DNA from: Promethearchaeia archaeon
Lineage (GTDB): Archaea; Asgardarchaeota; Lokiarchaeia; Sigyniarchaeales; SOKP01
NCBI GenBank assembly: GCA_029856105.1
Contig: JAHQWH010000015.1
Coordinates: forward strand, 164,543 to 228,542
Reading direction: 5' to 3'
Length of the DNA: 64,000 bases
The first letter of the stretch is position 1, and each line of letters begins with the position of its first letter. The notes beneath the pieces were generated by a model that was not told the DNA's origin, made no database searches, and worked only from the letters and a program-made list of their open reading frames with translations. Positions 28,587 to 38,336 of the stretch are shown here, piece after piece. Position numbers and translations under genes: made by a program.

Positions 28587-29534
28587 TTGTCTTATTGTGA
28601 GTTTTGTGGAGCTAAAATAGATAAGTTCCCATTTAAATGCAAGTATTGTGGTGGAAATCATTGTATGGAACACCGCTTACCAGAGAATCACGAGTGTACT
28701 TTTAAGATAATCCAAACACCAGTAGTTCCAAAAGTTATACAAAAGACTTATAAACCTTCTATAAGATATCCTTCATCTAGTCAACGTGACGGATACAATT
28801 ATCAATGGCGTGAAAAAAGAAGCTACCAAAAAAGAGATAATAGGATAAAAAGATTTCAAAGAGAAATGCCAAGTAAGTTCGAGAAAGCCTTATTAACAAA
28901 CTCATTAATCACATTAATAACGGTACTTTCTTTTGTATTCATATTTTTTCCGCAGGAATTGTCTTTTAGCGTTTCTAATTTGCCTTTTTCATTAATTACA
29001 ATTTTAACATCTCCATTTATTTCCTCTTCTTCTGTAATCCTTTTTGATTTTTTCTTTATCCATGATTATGTTGGTTTAGCATTTACTATCATCATCCTCT
29101 TTGTATATTATGATATTATAAGAAAAGCTGAGAATGCATTTGGAAAGAAATTATTTATTAGTATTTTCCTTTTAAGTGTTCTTCTTTCCGCATTTTTTTA
29201 TGTTTTACTAAGAGTCTCAATAATTCAACAATATCCTATTGATGGTGTGGTAATTTGGTGTACGGGATTTGCCACAAGTGGGATAATAGGTATTATTTCT
29301 TATACTGTTTTTGTATATCCCTCTAAAAATTGGAGAATTATTTATCCCATTAGAATTAATGGGAGAATATTATTAGGGTTTATTATTTTATTCAAGTTTG
29401 GTTTATGGGCTACTAATACTTTCCTTTATATGCCAAGTATAGTTTTTAACATTCCTGATCTTGCGGGTCTTGTCATAGCTTACATTATCTATAAAATAAA
29501 AATTAAAAACCGAGGATTTTATAATGAAACATAA
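28587..29534 (+). CDS. AN1-type zinc finger fused to rhomboid-like multi-TM domain
   Basis: CEFCG...PFKCKYCGGNHCMEHRLPENHEC; about 6 TM helices with ExxFG and GFATSG. Confidence 0.75.
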   Translation: MSYCEFCGAKIDKFPFKCKYCGGNHCMEHRLPENHECTFKIIQTPVVPKVIQKTYKPSIRYPSSSQRDGYNYQWREKRSYQKRDNRIKRFQREMPSKFEKALLTNSLITLITVLSFVFIFFPQELSFSVSNLPFSLITILTSPFISSSSVILFDFFFIHDYVGLAFTIIILFVYYDIIRKAENAFGKKLFISIFLLSVLLSAFFYVLLRVSIIQQYPIDGVVIWCTGFATSGIIGIISYTVFVYPSKNWRIIYPIRINGRILLGFIILFKFGLWATNTFLYMPSIVFNIPDLAGLVIAYIIYKIKIKNRGFYNET

Positions 29535-30303
29535 AAATAACCTTACTTGCTTTGTTTTACTCCTCTTCTTTATTTCAATTATAAATTTTAGTATAGCTTC
29601 AAGAGATTATAATGATTATATCAAGATTCAAGCAGGAGATGAATTTACATGGAGAATAGGCGTGGACATGTTAAATTATCAAAAATTAGTCAATGATACA
29701 AATCAGATTTTTATAGATGATATTGATATTGAGGGTGTTAAGATTATCGTTAATGATATTGAAAAAATCCCAGATCTTTATGATTCGAGTTATTCAGAAG
29801 TGGAATTTGAAGTTAACTTTTTTCAGACTACAGATCTTAACGGAGGAGAATGGACTAAGATTGAGTCTATAGAGACTATTTCTATTTATACTTATAAAGA
29901 GGATTATTATCAGGATTTAGAACCAACCTTCTATATTAACTCTATTTATTATGGTCCATACTTTATACCTGCTGATTTGGATTGGGATGCTTTTATTTAT
30001 TATTTAGAGCAGATCTACTTTTTTGGAGGTCCATATCCATATTTAGACGTAAATATTAATGCTGTGGTAAATGGGAAAGGGATAACCCTTACATTGGATT
30101 ACCCTACCTTAGAAATATTTACATTAACGGTTAAATATACTATGACGGGAGTACTAGAATCTTATGCAATCAAATACGGGGGATATTTTTGCATTGTTAA
30201 GGAATTACAGGGAGTTCTACCTAAATTTGCCCCACCTATTATTGTAGGGATTGTTGTTATAAGTGTAGTAGGAATTATAAAAATAATAAATAGAAAAAGA
30301 TAA
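29524..30303 (+). CDS. hypothetical secreted protein with C-terminal membrane anchor
   Basis: Signal peptide; GDEFTW domain start shared with the downstream gene (NDEYVW); C-terminal TM plus basic tail. Confidence 0.7.
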   Translation: MKHKNNLTCFVLLLFFISIINFSIASRDYNDYIKIQAGDEFTWRIGVDMLNYQKLVNDTNQIFIDDIDIEGVKIIVNDIEKIPDLYDSSYSEVEFEVNFFQTTDLNGGEWTKIESIETISIYTYKEDYYQDLEPTFYINSIYYGPYFIPADLDWDAFIYYLEQIYFFGGPYPYLDVNINAVVNGKGITLTLDYPTLEIFTLTVKYTMTGVLESYAIKYGGYFCIVKELQGVLPKFAPPIIVGIVVISVVGIIKIINRKR

Positions 30304-30307
30304 AAAA

Positions 30308-31711
30308 ATGATGAAGATGAAGCGTTCAAAACATAGCTTACTAATTATACTTATTTTAGCCCTTCAATTACTATATCCAGTTTGTTCAATGTATTATATA
30401 CATGGTGATCAAAATAAAAATACAAAACCTCAAACTAAACCCGCTTCAGTGAGTGGAGGTGGATATGATATGTTTAATGATAATTATTCTTGGATTGAAA
30501 TTAAAGATTCTGGTATTCGTATGAGTATAAGTAATTATGACGATTCTTACGATGTAATACACTTAACATCTTGGAATTTTGAATTTTATAAAAAGAATTT
30601 CTCAAGGATTTACGTAAGCTCAAACGGATGGATGAGTTTGACAAATCTAGGAGATACTAACTGGTTACCAGGCTTTATTCCGAGTTATAACATTGAAAAT
30701 TTCGGTTGCATTGCTTTGTTAGCAGAGGATTTGGACCCCTCATATGAGGGAGATATCTATTATGAATTCTTTGGAACATCCCCGAATCGTTACCTTGTTA
30801 TTGAATATTATCATGTTTATGATTATTATAATTTGCAAAATGTTGGCGATTTTGAAGTTATTCTAAAAGAAAATGGAGAAATAACATTTCAATATAAAAA
30901 TGTTTATCATCTTGAATATTTTTTCCCCTTAATCGGGATTGACTATGGAGACTTAGCTAATTATAATAGATTTGATCCTAATTTACCTATTTCAAATCTC
31001 GCGATTACTTTTGAATACGATGAAATGACTTCTGGTTCGTGGGATCTCAACTGCGAAGTAAATGATGAATATGTTTGGAAAATAAATAAAATAAATAATA
31101 GTGCAATGCAGACAGTTTTTGGAAACAATTGGGAATATGATTTTGGATTACTTCCTGGATTTAATAATGATGATAAAACTAAGATTAAAATTAAATCGAT
31201 TCTGGAAAATACAACGCACAAAACAGTTACCTATGATATTTGGGATTGGGTTGAAGATGACGCCGATTTCGATTTAAATCCTAATAAAAGCGAGAGTATT
31301 GCATTTCTTATGAAACTTTCTGAAAGTAATGAAAGTAACTTACTACCACATCTAATTCCGTATTTTATGCCTACGCCGATAATACCATATCTTATAAGAT
31401 CGAATTTATCGAATATTTATTATTATTTCACATACTATAATTGGGCACCTATTGAAATATTATTCGATTCTGTTAATAGCTCATCAATATATGGTTATGT
31501 AGAATATAATTCTGAAGGAATTTTACATTATTTTGATATTATATGGTCGGATGACTATGCTAGCGAAAAAATATTTCAATTTTTCGTTTATTTAGAAGAA
31601 AATAATTTAAGAATCAAAACTATTCCGGGTTTCAACTTTTTTCATTTAGCATTTTTCACAATAGTGGCACTAATTGGAGTAGTGACATATATGAAAGTTA
31701 AATCCACCTAG
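30308..31711 (+). CDS. secreted surface protein (nidogen-like N-terminal region) with Loki-CTERM-type tail
   Basis: Signal peptide; FEFY...IYVSSNGWMS...EDLDP...FEVIL.ENGEI.FQY; IPGFNFF-TM-KVK. Confidence 0.7.
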   Translation: MMKMKRSKHSLLIILILALQLLYPVCSMYYIHGDQNKNTKPQTKPASVSGGGYDMFNDNYSWIEIKDSGIRMSISNYDDSYDVIHLTSWNFEFYKKNFSRIYVSSNGWMSLTNLGDTNWLPGFIPSYNIENFGCIALLAEDLDPSYEGDIYYEFFGTSPNRYLVIEYYHVYDYYNLQNVGDFEVILKENGEITFQYKNVYHLEYFFPLIGIDYGDLANYNRFDPNLPISNLAITFEYDEMTSGSWDLNCEVNDEYVWKINKINNSAMQTVFGNNWEYDFGLLPGFNNDDKTKIKIKSILENTTHKTVTYDIWDWVEDDADFDLNPNKSESIAFLMKLSESNESNLLPHLIPYFMPTPIIPYLIRSNLSNIYYYFTYYNWAPIEILFDSVNSSSIYGYVEYNSEGILHYFDIIWSDDYASEKIFQFFVYLEENNLRIKTIPGFNFFHLAFFTIVALIGVVTYMKVKST

Positions 31712-31854
31712 AGGTACAGCAAATCTTTTGGGAAAGCTGTGGGATAAACGAACCAAATATCAAGGTGTTTTTTAAGGAAAACTATACAAATGATTAAATT
31801 TTTATATATCGTAATCGAAAACCTTGATTCAAACAATTTAAAGCAATAATTATT

Positions 31855-33177
31855 ATGAAGAATAAAATCATTATCAATCTCATTGTAGCAAATTTGCTAT
31901 GGAGTTTTATTCCTGTTATAGTATCAGGTTTGTTCAACGAGGTTTCCGTTTTAATGGTTATTTTTCTAAGATTTTTAGTATCAGGAGTTATTCTGTTTCT
32001 TCTTGCGATTTTATTGATATTTTTAAACAATAGATTCACTTCAAATAAAAAAATTCCATTTGAAGTCCTTAAAATTATTTATATTCATAAGAATAGAAGG
32101 TTTTTCAGGTTAAGGAACATCTATTATTTCGCTATAATGGGGTTTTTTGGCATCATAATGCAACTTATCTGGTATTTTATGGCTTTAAAAGTTACAGAAA
32201 CTATTGCTTTAGCAATGATCGGATTCCAAGTTACTATTATACTCGTAGCTCTTTACGAACACGGAATCAAATCAGAGAAACTGGATATATTCAAAATGCT
32301 ATATCTCTTGTTGTTATTTGTTTCAATAGGAATCATAATAAGCGTAAAGAGTCAAGAAGCTGCTTTGCATGGAACAGGATTTTCTTTGATTGGGTTGATA
32401 TACATTACGCTCTTCACGTTAAGCCTCGCATTCTTTCAAATAACTATAAATAGAGATATTTATTCGAAACATGAGCTAAAAATCGCTAATAAAAATCGAT
32501 ACTATAAGATCGTTCGTCTCCTGATAAAAATTTCAAGTACATTCTTAATAGGTGTAATATTCATGTTTCCGTTTCTTTTGGTTTTTCAACTCGTTTTTCC
32601 AATTTCTGATTTAACTACTGAAACCGTTAAATTCTACGGTGAATTCCCGAATATGTTTAATATCCTAATGCGGGGGGATGTAATCTTTTTGATAATTTTT
32701 TCTACAATACTTCCATTCCTGCTTGTATTTCTTACGAGCGTGTATTGGAAACCCTATAATTTGACCTATAGCCAATGGAATAGTATCTTAACTCTAATAG
32801 AACCAATAGGTGCTTTGATTTTTGGTATAATTTTTGTTGGTGAGTATTTCCCGTTAGAACTCTTATTGGTGGTATTCTTTTTATTAATTGTCTCGATTTT
32901 ATTCCGGTATGCTCACGAATTGAAAAACATTGTCAACGCGTATATTCTTTTAAACAATAATATTGGAAATTTAAAGAAATTACCAATGAAATTATTGAAG
33001 TTTCAAGGAGTAATGAGCGTAGACACCTTAGCAGGAACGCACGACCTCTTACTAAATGTTAAGAGCAGTTCCATAAAAGATTTTTATTATTTAGTAGATA
33101 AACAAATAAAAAAGTTAGACGAAGTTAAAAATGTCAAAATTCTTTTTGTTAATGAAATAAGTAAATTAGAAATATAG
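31855..33177 (+). CDS. EamA/DMT transporter fused to C-terminal Lrp/AsnC ligand-binding (RAM) domain
   Basis: ANLLWS, FLRF, LIEPIGALIFG..FVGE; C-terminal AYILL...GVMSVDTLAGTHDLLLNV. Confidence 0.75.
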   Translation: MKNKIIINLIVANLLWSFIPVIVSGLFNEVSVLMVIFLRFLVSGVILFLLAILLIFLNNRFTSNKKIPFEVLKIIYIHKNRRFFRLRNIYYFAIMGFFGIIMQLIWYFMALKVTETIALAMIGFQVTIILVALYEHGIKSEKLDIFKMLYLLLLFVSIGIIISVKSQEAALHGTGFSLIGLIYITLFTLSLAFFQITINRDIYSKHELKIANKNRYYKIVRLLIKISSTFLIGVIFMFPFLLVFQLVFPISDLTTETVKFYGEFPNMFNILMRGDVIFLIIFSTILPFLLVFLTSVYWKPYNLTYSQWNSILTLIEPIGALIFGIIFVGEYFPLELLLVVFFLLIVSILFRYAHELKNIVNAYILLNNNIGNLKKLPMKLLKFQGVMSVDTLAGTHDLLLNVKSSSIKDFYYLVDKQIKKLDEVKNVKILFVNEISKLEI

Positions 33178-33186
33178 ATTATATGG

Positions 33187-33441
33187 TTGGAAATTATGAC
33201 AATGAAGGCAATAACTTTATGTAAATTAGGGATGAGCGTAATAGAAAAGGTAATTGACGAATTAAAAGAAATCCCTCAAATCAAACGCGTAATGTCTTTA
33301 ACTGGCGATTACGACGTGTTGATTGAAATTGTAGTGGATTCGTCCGAAGAGTTGTACAGCATTTTTGCTAAAAAAATTGACTTAATAGAAGGAATAATTG
33401 AGTCAAATACGCATGTAATAATGCGATCTTGGGAGAAATAA
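33187..33441 (+). CDS. stand-alone Lrp/AsnC ligand-binding (RAM) domain protein
   Basis: VMSLTGDYDVLIEI...I..IEGI..SNTHV; no HTH. Confidence 0.85.
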   Translation: MEIMTMKAITLCKLGMSVIEKVIDELKEIPQIKRVMSLTGDYDVLIEIVVDSSEELYSIFAKKIDLIEGIIESNTHVIMRSWEK

Positions 33442-33463
33442 CAAAATTTTATAAAATAAGCTT

Positions 33464-34003
33464 TTATTTTTCCCTATTAGAGATTACGCTAAGAACAAGA
33501 GTTTTAAATGCTTTTTCAACATTACCCCCATGTTTAGCACTCGTCTCGATAAATTCGCTAGCTTTCATTTTTTTTGCTAATTTTTCACCGTCTTGGGTTG
33601 TAACTATCTTTGCCTCTGTTAAATCGCTTTTATTGCCAATCAAAAGATATGCAGCGTTCTTATTTCCAAACTCTTTTAAATCTTTTAGCCATTTGGATTT
33701 TAAATCCTTAAAGGTAGCTGGTCGAGTTACATCATACACAAATAAGGCTCCAGCGCAACCTTGAAAAAACGCTTTTCGCGATAAATCATATTTATCTTGG
33801 CCTGCTATATCCCAGAGTATCATTTTAACATGGACATTCTTTTCCTCAACATTCATCTCTTTTATAACAATATTAACTCCCAAAGAAGGTTGATAATCTT
33901 GTTCAAACTTCTGATGAATATATTGATTAATTAGTGATGTTTTTCCAACAGCAGAATTACCTAAAACGGCTAATTTAAAAATCATATCAGTTCTATCAGA
34001 CAT
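33464..34003 (-). CDS. Rab-like small GTPase
   Basis: G1 GNSAVGKT, G2 YQPSLG, G3 WDIAGQ, G4 NKSD, G5 ETSAK; no C-terminal Cys prenylation motif. Confidence 0.93.
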   Translation of the reverse strand: MSDRTDMIFKLAVLGNSAVGKTSLINQYIHQKFEQDYQPSLGVNIVIKEMNVEEKNVHVKMILWDIAGQDKYDLSRKAFFQGCAGALFVYDVTRPATFKDLKSKWLKDLKEFGNKNAAYLLIGNKSDLTEAKIVTTQDGEKLAKKMKASEFIETSAKHGGNVEKAFKTLVLSVISNREK

Positions 34004-34122
34004 AAAAAATCAAATTTTATATAATGGATAATATCAAAATAATAAAATCTACCTTTTTAAAATAACTCTAATATCAATAAATTATATATCACTATTACGA
34101 ACAAGTTAAAAATTAGCCTAAT

Positions 34123-35715
34123 CTAATAGCCTACCGCTTGTCCATCTTTTCGTGGATCGGAGGCTGCAAGATAGCCATCTTCGAGTTTATATATGATTTG
34201 ACCACCACCAAATTCGAAATAATGTCCATTATATACTTGATGACCCAGTTTTCTTAAGTGTTCTTGCGATTCTTTATTAAAGCCATGTTCAAGATTAACT
34301 TTCATTCCTTGCATTACTCGCCAACGTGGTGCATCGATCGCCGCTTGAGGGTTTTGTTCGTATTCAAATATTCTTACCATCATCTGAGCATGCCCCTGAG
34401 GTTGCATGGCCCCCCCCATAACACCGAAACTCATTACTGGTTCTCCTTTTTTCGTGACAAATGCGGGTATGATCGTGTGATACGGGCGCTTCTCCGGACC
34501 GACCTGATTTGGGTGTCCATCGATTAAAGTAAATCCGTTTCCCCTGTTTTGTAAGCTAATACCTGTTCCAGGTATCACAATTCCCGAACCGAACCCCATG
34601 TAATTCGATTGAATATACGATACCATCATACCTTCAGAATCAGCAGTAGCCAAATAAACGGTATCTCCCGTTTGGGGGCTACCAAACTTAAACTTCTGAG
34701 CTTTTTTTACGTCAATTAAGTTCGCTCGGCCTCTTAGATAATCAGAGCTAAGTATTAGGGAAGTGTCAAATTCCAAGAATTTTCTATCTGAGATATATCG
34801 ATATGCGTCAGAAAAAGCTAGTTTCATCGCTTCTATCTGCAAATGGATTGACTCTGGAGAATCGGGGTTGTATTGACTAAAATCAAAATTTTTTAACACA
34901 CCCAGTGCTATTAACGCAGCTAAGCCTTGGCCGTTTGGAGGTAATTCGTGTAGAGTTAAACCTTTATAACCCATAGTTATTGAACTCTCCCATTTTACCC
35001 CGTGATTCTCTAGATCTTCAAGCGTTATCAATCCACCAGTATTCATTGCATGGCTTACAATTTTTTTTGCTAATTTTCCACTATAAAAAGATTCTCCTTC
35101 CGTTTCTGCAATTTCTTTTAAGGTCTTTGCTTGATTCGGGTTTATAAATAATTCTCCTGGCTCGGGAGCCCTCCCCTCTGGGAGGAAGGTTTCGTGAAAT
35201 TCCGGGAATTTTCTTTTTTTATACATAGTTACCAATTGCTTCCATAGTTTTGCGGTTATCGGCGACACTAAAAACCCTTTCTCAGCGTATTTTATTGCGG
35301 GTTCAAATAATTCTTTAAACTTCAATTGCCCGTATTTTTTTGAAAGTTCAACCCAAGCTGAAACTGCTCCTGGAATCGTCGCAGAATCCCATCCTAAAAG
35401 TGGCATTGATTTATAATGAGAAAAATGTTCAAATGTCCATGATGCTGGAGATTTACCAGATGCGTTTAACCCATTTAATTTTTTTCCATCCCATATGATA
35501 GCAAAAGCGTCGCTTCCAATACCATTATTAACTGGTTCAACAACTGACAATGTTATAGCAGTTGCTATCGCAGAATCTACCGCATTCCCTCCTTTTTTGA
35601 GTATATTTAACCCCGCTTGAGAAGCAAGGGGTTGAGATGTAGATACTATATTTTTAGCTAATATTGGCATTCGCTGAGAAGAATAAGGAAAATCCCAATT
35701 AAATTCTTTTATCAT
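34123..35715 (-). CDS. ggt: gamma-glutamyltransferase family protein (YwrD-like)
   Basis: SQPLA, GGNAVD, GIGSDAF, PPNGQG, nucleophile DTVY, IQSNYMGFGSG, RPYHTIIP, GVMGG.MQPQGH, SDPRKDG. Confidence 0.88.
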   Translation of the reverse strand: MIKEFNWDFPYSSQRMPILAKNIVSTSQPLASQAGLNILKKGGNAVDSAIATAITLSVVEPVNNGIGSDAFAIIWDGKKLNGLNASGKSPASWTFEHFSHYKSMPLLGWDSATIPGAVSAWVELSKKYGQLKFKELFEPAIKYAEKGFLVSPITAKLWKQLVTMYKKRKFPEFHETFLPEGRAPEPGELFINPNQAKTLKEIAETEGESFYSGKLAKKIVSHAMNTGGLITLEDLENHGVKWESSITMGYKGLTLHELPPNGQGLAALIALGVLKNFDFSQYNPDSPESIHLQIEAMKLAFSDAYRYISDRKFLEFDTSLILSSDYLRGRANLIDVKKAQKFKFGSPQTGDTVYLATADSEGMMVSYIQSNYMGFGSGIVIPGTGISLQNRGNGFTLIDGHPNQVGPEKRPYHTIIPAFVTKKGEPVMSFGVMGGAMQPQGHAQMMVRIFEYEQNPQAAIDAPRWRVMQGMKVNLEHGFNKESQEHLRKLGHQVYNGHYFEFGGGQIIYKLEDGYLAASDPRKDGQAVGY

Positions 35716-35928
35716 TATAAATCACACCATACTTTTTTTTATAAAATTTTATAAATTTTTTCAAACGCTATTATAATACTAATTGTATAATTTTAGGGGT
35801 TATAATATTAATAACAATACTTTTTTCAAAAATAGTGAAAAGAAAAATGAAAGCGATCGAATTATTTTGCTAAACTTTACGAGATTGACATTGATAGCAC
35901 GAGCGCTTATTTGAAAAATAAAAGAATA

Positions 35929-36747
35929 TTAATTTGGAATGTCTTTTTTGTTGAAAACTATGAGGCTTCCGATTACGAGCGCGGCATTTATCGACGCTAA
36001 CACAATTATGTCCCGAATAAATAAATCTATATCCGCGTGTACAAGATAATCGAGGGGATTGTAATAAAAGAACACCGTAAAATACTTCAAGTTTTCGATC
36101 TCTTCCATGTAAGAATAAAACCCATCGATAAAAAACATTAAAAAGATCGCGACTATGCCTATTACCATTGCTTTCTTGGAATTAAGGAAAATTGTCGAGC
36201 CGAAAAAGGCAATCATAGATAAAGCGCTTAAAAACAGGACAACCATAACATAAGTCCCCCACACGCGGTCCCAATAAAGACCCTCAGCTATAAACATCTG
36301 AGAAGTTGCGATCCCTCCAGAGAGGATAAGAAACGCCAAAGTCATCATAATTGTTATAAGCATATATAGCGAAACAATTTTGCTACCCAAAAACTTGGTT
36401 CGAGTTATTGGTTTTGACAAGGACAACTCGATGGTTTTTTCTTCGATATCTTGCGATAGAAGCGAACTTGCAGAAAAAACCAAATATATTCCAGCGTACA
36501 ACCAAAGAAAGCCTAATACCTCCACGGTAAGGAAACCATAAGGATTAGTCATGGCAACCATTCCTCCAAAAAAATCTAACATGCCTTCTGGGAGCAGAGC
36601 TATAATAGAGGCCATGGCTTCCAAATCGAATTCGTTTAATATATATGTTGTAAAAACCCCTAACAATCCTGTAATTCCCCCAAGAAGAATGGTCGCCCAT
36701 TTTTTATCTTTTAAATATTCTTTCACTATTGTTAGCAATTGACCCAT
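35929..36747 (-). CDS. ABC-2 type exporter permease
   Basis: DIEEKTIELSLSKPITR, 6 TM, FNKKDIPN. Confidence 0.88.
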   Translation of the reverse strand: MGQLLTIVKEYLKDKKWATILLGGITGLLGVFTTYILNEFDLEAMASIIALLPEGMLDFFGGMVAMTNPYGFLTVEVLGFLWLYAGIYLVFSASSLLSQDIEEKTIELSLSKPITRTKFLGSKIVSLYMLITIMMTLAFLILSGGIATSQMFIAEGLYWDRVWGTYVMVVLFLSALSMIAFFGSTIFLNSKKAMVIGIVAIFLMFFIDGFYSYMEEIENLKYFTVFFYYNPLDYLVHADIDLFIRDIIVLASINAALVIGSLIVFNKKDIPN

Positions 36748-37719
36748 TTAATCCATCAACCCCTTAGCTTTAATATTGTCCTTTTCTAAAGAACCAACGC
36801 TGCTCGAACTTGTATCATAATATTTCATAAAAATATCCTCGAGATCGGGACTTTGAATCTCTAAATCACTTACCTTTCCGACCTGTCCTAGAATGTCTAT
36901 GATTTCGGTTAGATTTTCGCGAGAAACTGTAAGAGAAACGCTCGTCTCACTTGTTCTTAAGTTATCAACAATCCCGGTTGGGATTTTAGAGTTAAATTTT
37001 TGAAGCTCCAAAGCGGTGGGAAATTCGATCGTAATTTCTTTTAAGGCGATTTTTTTCAAACTTTGAACGGAATCTAATTCCACAATCGTTCCTTCTCGAA
37101 TAATTCCAACGCGATGGGCAACTTTTTCGACTTCCCCTAGTAAATGAGAGCTTAAAAGAACCGTCGAGCCAAAATTTTTTTGCTGTTCGTAAAGAATTTT
37201 GTAATATTCGGCCGTAATAAAAGGATCCAAACCCGAGGTTGGCTCATCAACTATTAATAGCTCAGTTTCTGGCGCAAAAGTAAGGACAATTCCGATCTTT
37301 TGCTTGTTCCCTTTGCTAAGTTCTTTCACTTTCCTGTCTAAAACTAAGTCAATACGCTCTGCCAACTCCTCAATCTTTCTATTGGGTACAGGTTTGTTAT
37401 ACATCTTTAAAAGGAATTGAAGATTTTTTCGCACCGTTTTGTCTTTATAGAATCCCAAGTCACCAGGTAAATATGCTGTTCTCCGTCGAATTTCAGTGCT
37501 ATGTTGCTTCACATCCAATCCAAATACTTGAGCTTCTCCGGAAGTTCGTCGAATGAAATTAAGTAAGACCCTAATTGTGGTGGTTTTCCCAGCTCCATTT
37601 GGTCCGAGCAGCCCAAAGATCTCACCTTTTTTTACCTCAAATGTTAAATTCTCAATTCCACGAGATTTCCCATAATATTTTGTGAGAGCTTTTGTTTTTA
37701 TTACGAAGTTTTCATCCAT
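36748..37719 (-). CDS. ABC transporter ATP-binding protein
   Basis: GPNGAGKTT, LSKGNKQK, DEPTSGLDP, SSH. Confidence 0.95.
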   Translation of the reverse strand: MDENFVIKTKALTKYYGKSRGIENLTFEVKKGEIFGLLGPNGAGKTTTIRVLLNFIRRTSGEAQVFGLDVKQHSTEIRRRTAYLPGDLGFYKDKTVRKNLQFLLKMYNKPVPNRKIEELAERIDLVLDRKVKELSKGNKQKIGIVLTFAPETELLIVDEPTSGLDPFITAEYYKILYEQQKNFGSTVLLSSHLLGEVEKVAHRVGIIREGTIVELDSVQSLKKIALKEITIEFPTALELQKFNSKIPTGIVDNLRTSETSVSLTVSRENLTEIIDILGQVGKVSDLEIQSPDLEDIFMKYYDTSSSSVGSLEKDNIKAKGLMD

Positions 37720-37820
37720 ATCTCTAAAATATATTTATAAAATAAAAAGATTTATCGATTGAAATTTTCTATTACTTTTATCTACACTGCAGCATAAAAT
37801 TTCTGTAGCTATTCATAACT

Positions 37821-38336
37821 TTATTCGCCTTGATGATTGATCAATTCTTTTTCGATCGTTTTTATCAATTCGAGAGAAAAAGGGATGGAATTAGCCAGAA
37901 CATTGACTAACTGATAAATTTTGTCAAAACCATGCAAATTTTCTAACAAAACCTTTTCTTTTTCAATACCATCTTTGATAGCATTAATGCTTTCAGCAAA
38001 TCTTGAGATGCCTTTTGTAAGGTCCCTGAATGAATGAACAAAAGCTATATTGGGATTTTTCATGGAATAAGTAATTTCTCCCGTGGTAGACACACTAGTC
38101 TTTTCGATAAGGTCCATAGAAATTAATTTTGTTAATTCTTGTGATATCGTTCCTCGCGAAAATCCCGTTAGTTCTTGTAATTTTTCTTGAGTCAAGGATT
38201 TTCTGGTAATAAAATAAATTCTTATTGTCGTGAAAGTAGTTTTTTGCCCAATAAAAAGAGAGTAGGACAATAGGAATTTAAAAATATCCTTTTCAATCGC
38301 TCTTATTTCATCGTCGAATTCTTCAATTGTAATCAA
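37821..38336 (-). CDS. GbsR/MarR-like wHTH regulator (second of pair)
   Basis: IYFITRKSLTQEKLQELTGFSRGTISQEL. Confidence 0.8.
   Translation of the reverse strand: MITIEEFDDEIRAIEKDIFKFLLSYSLFIGQKTTFTTIRIYFITRKSLTQEKLQELTGFSRGTISQELTKLISMDLIEKTSVSTTGEITYSMKNPNIAFVHSFRDLTKGISRFAESINAIKDGIEKEKVLLENLHGFDKIYQLVNVLANSIPFSLELIKTIEKELINHQGE

Noticed and set aside
31712-31760. Short ACAGC...GCTGT stem as possible ncRNA or SECIS
   Set aside because: Only a 5-bp stem, no SECIS core, and no in-frame UGA selenoprotein candidate nearby
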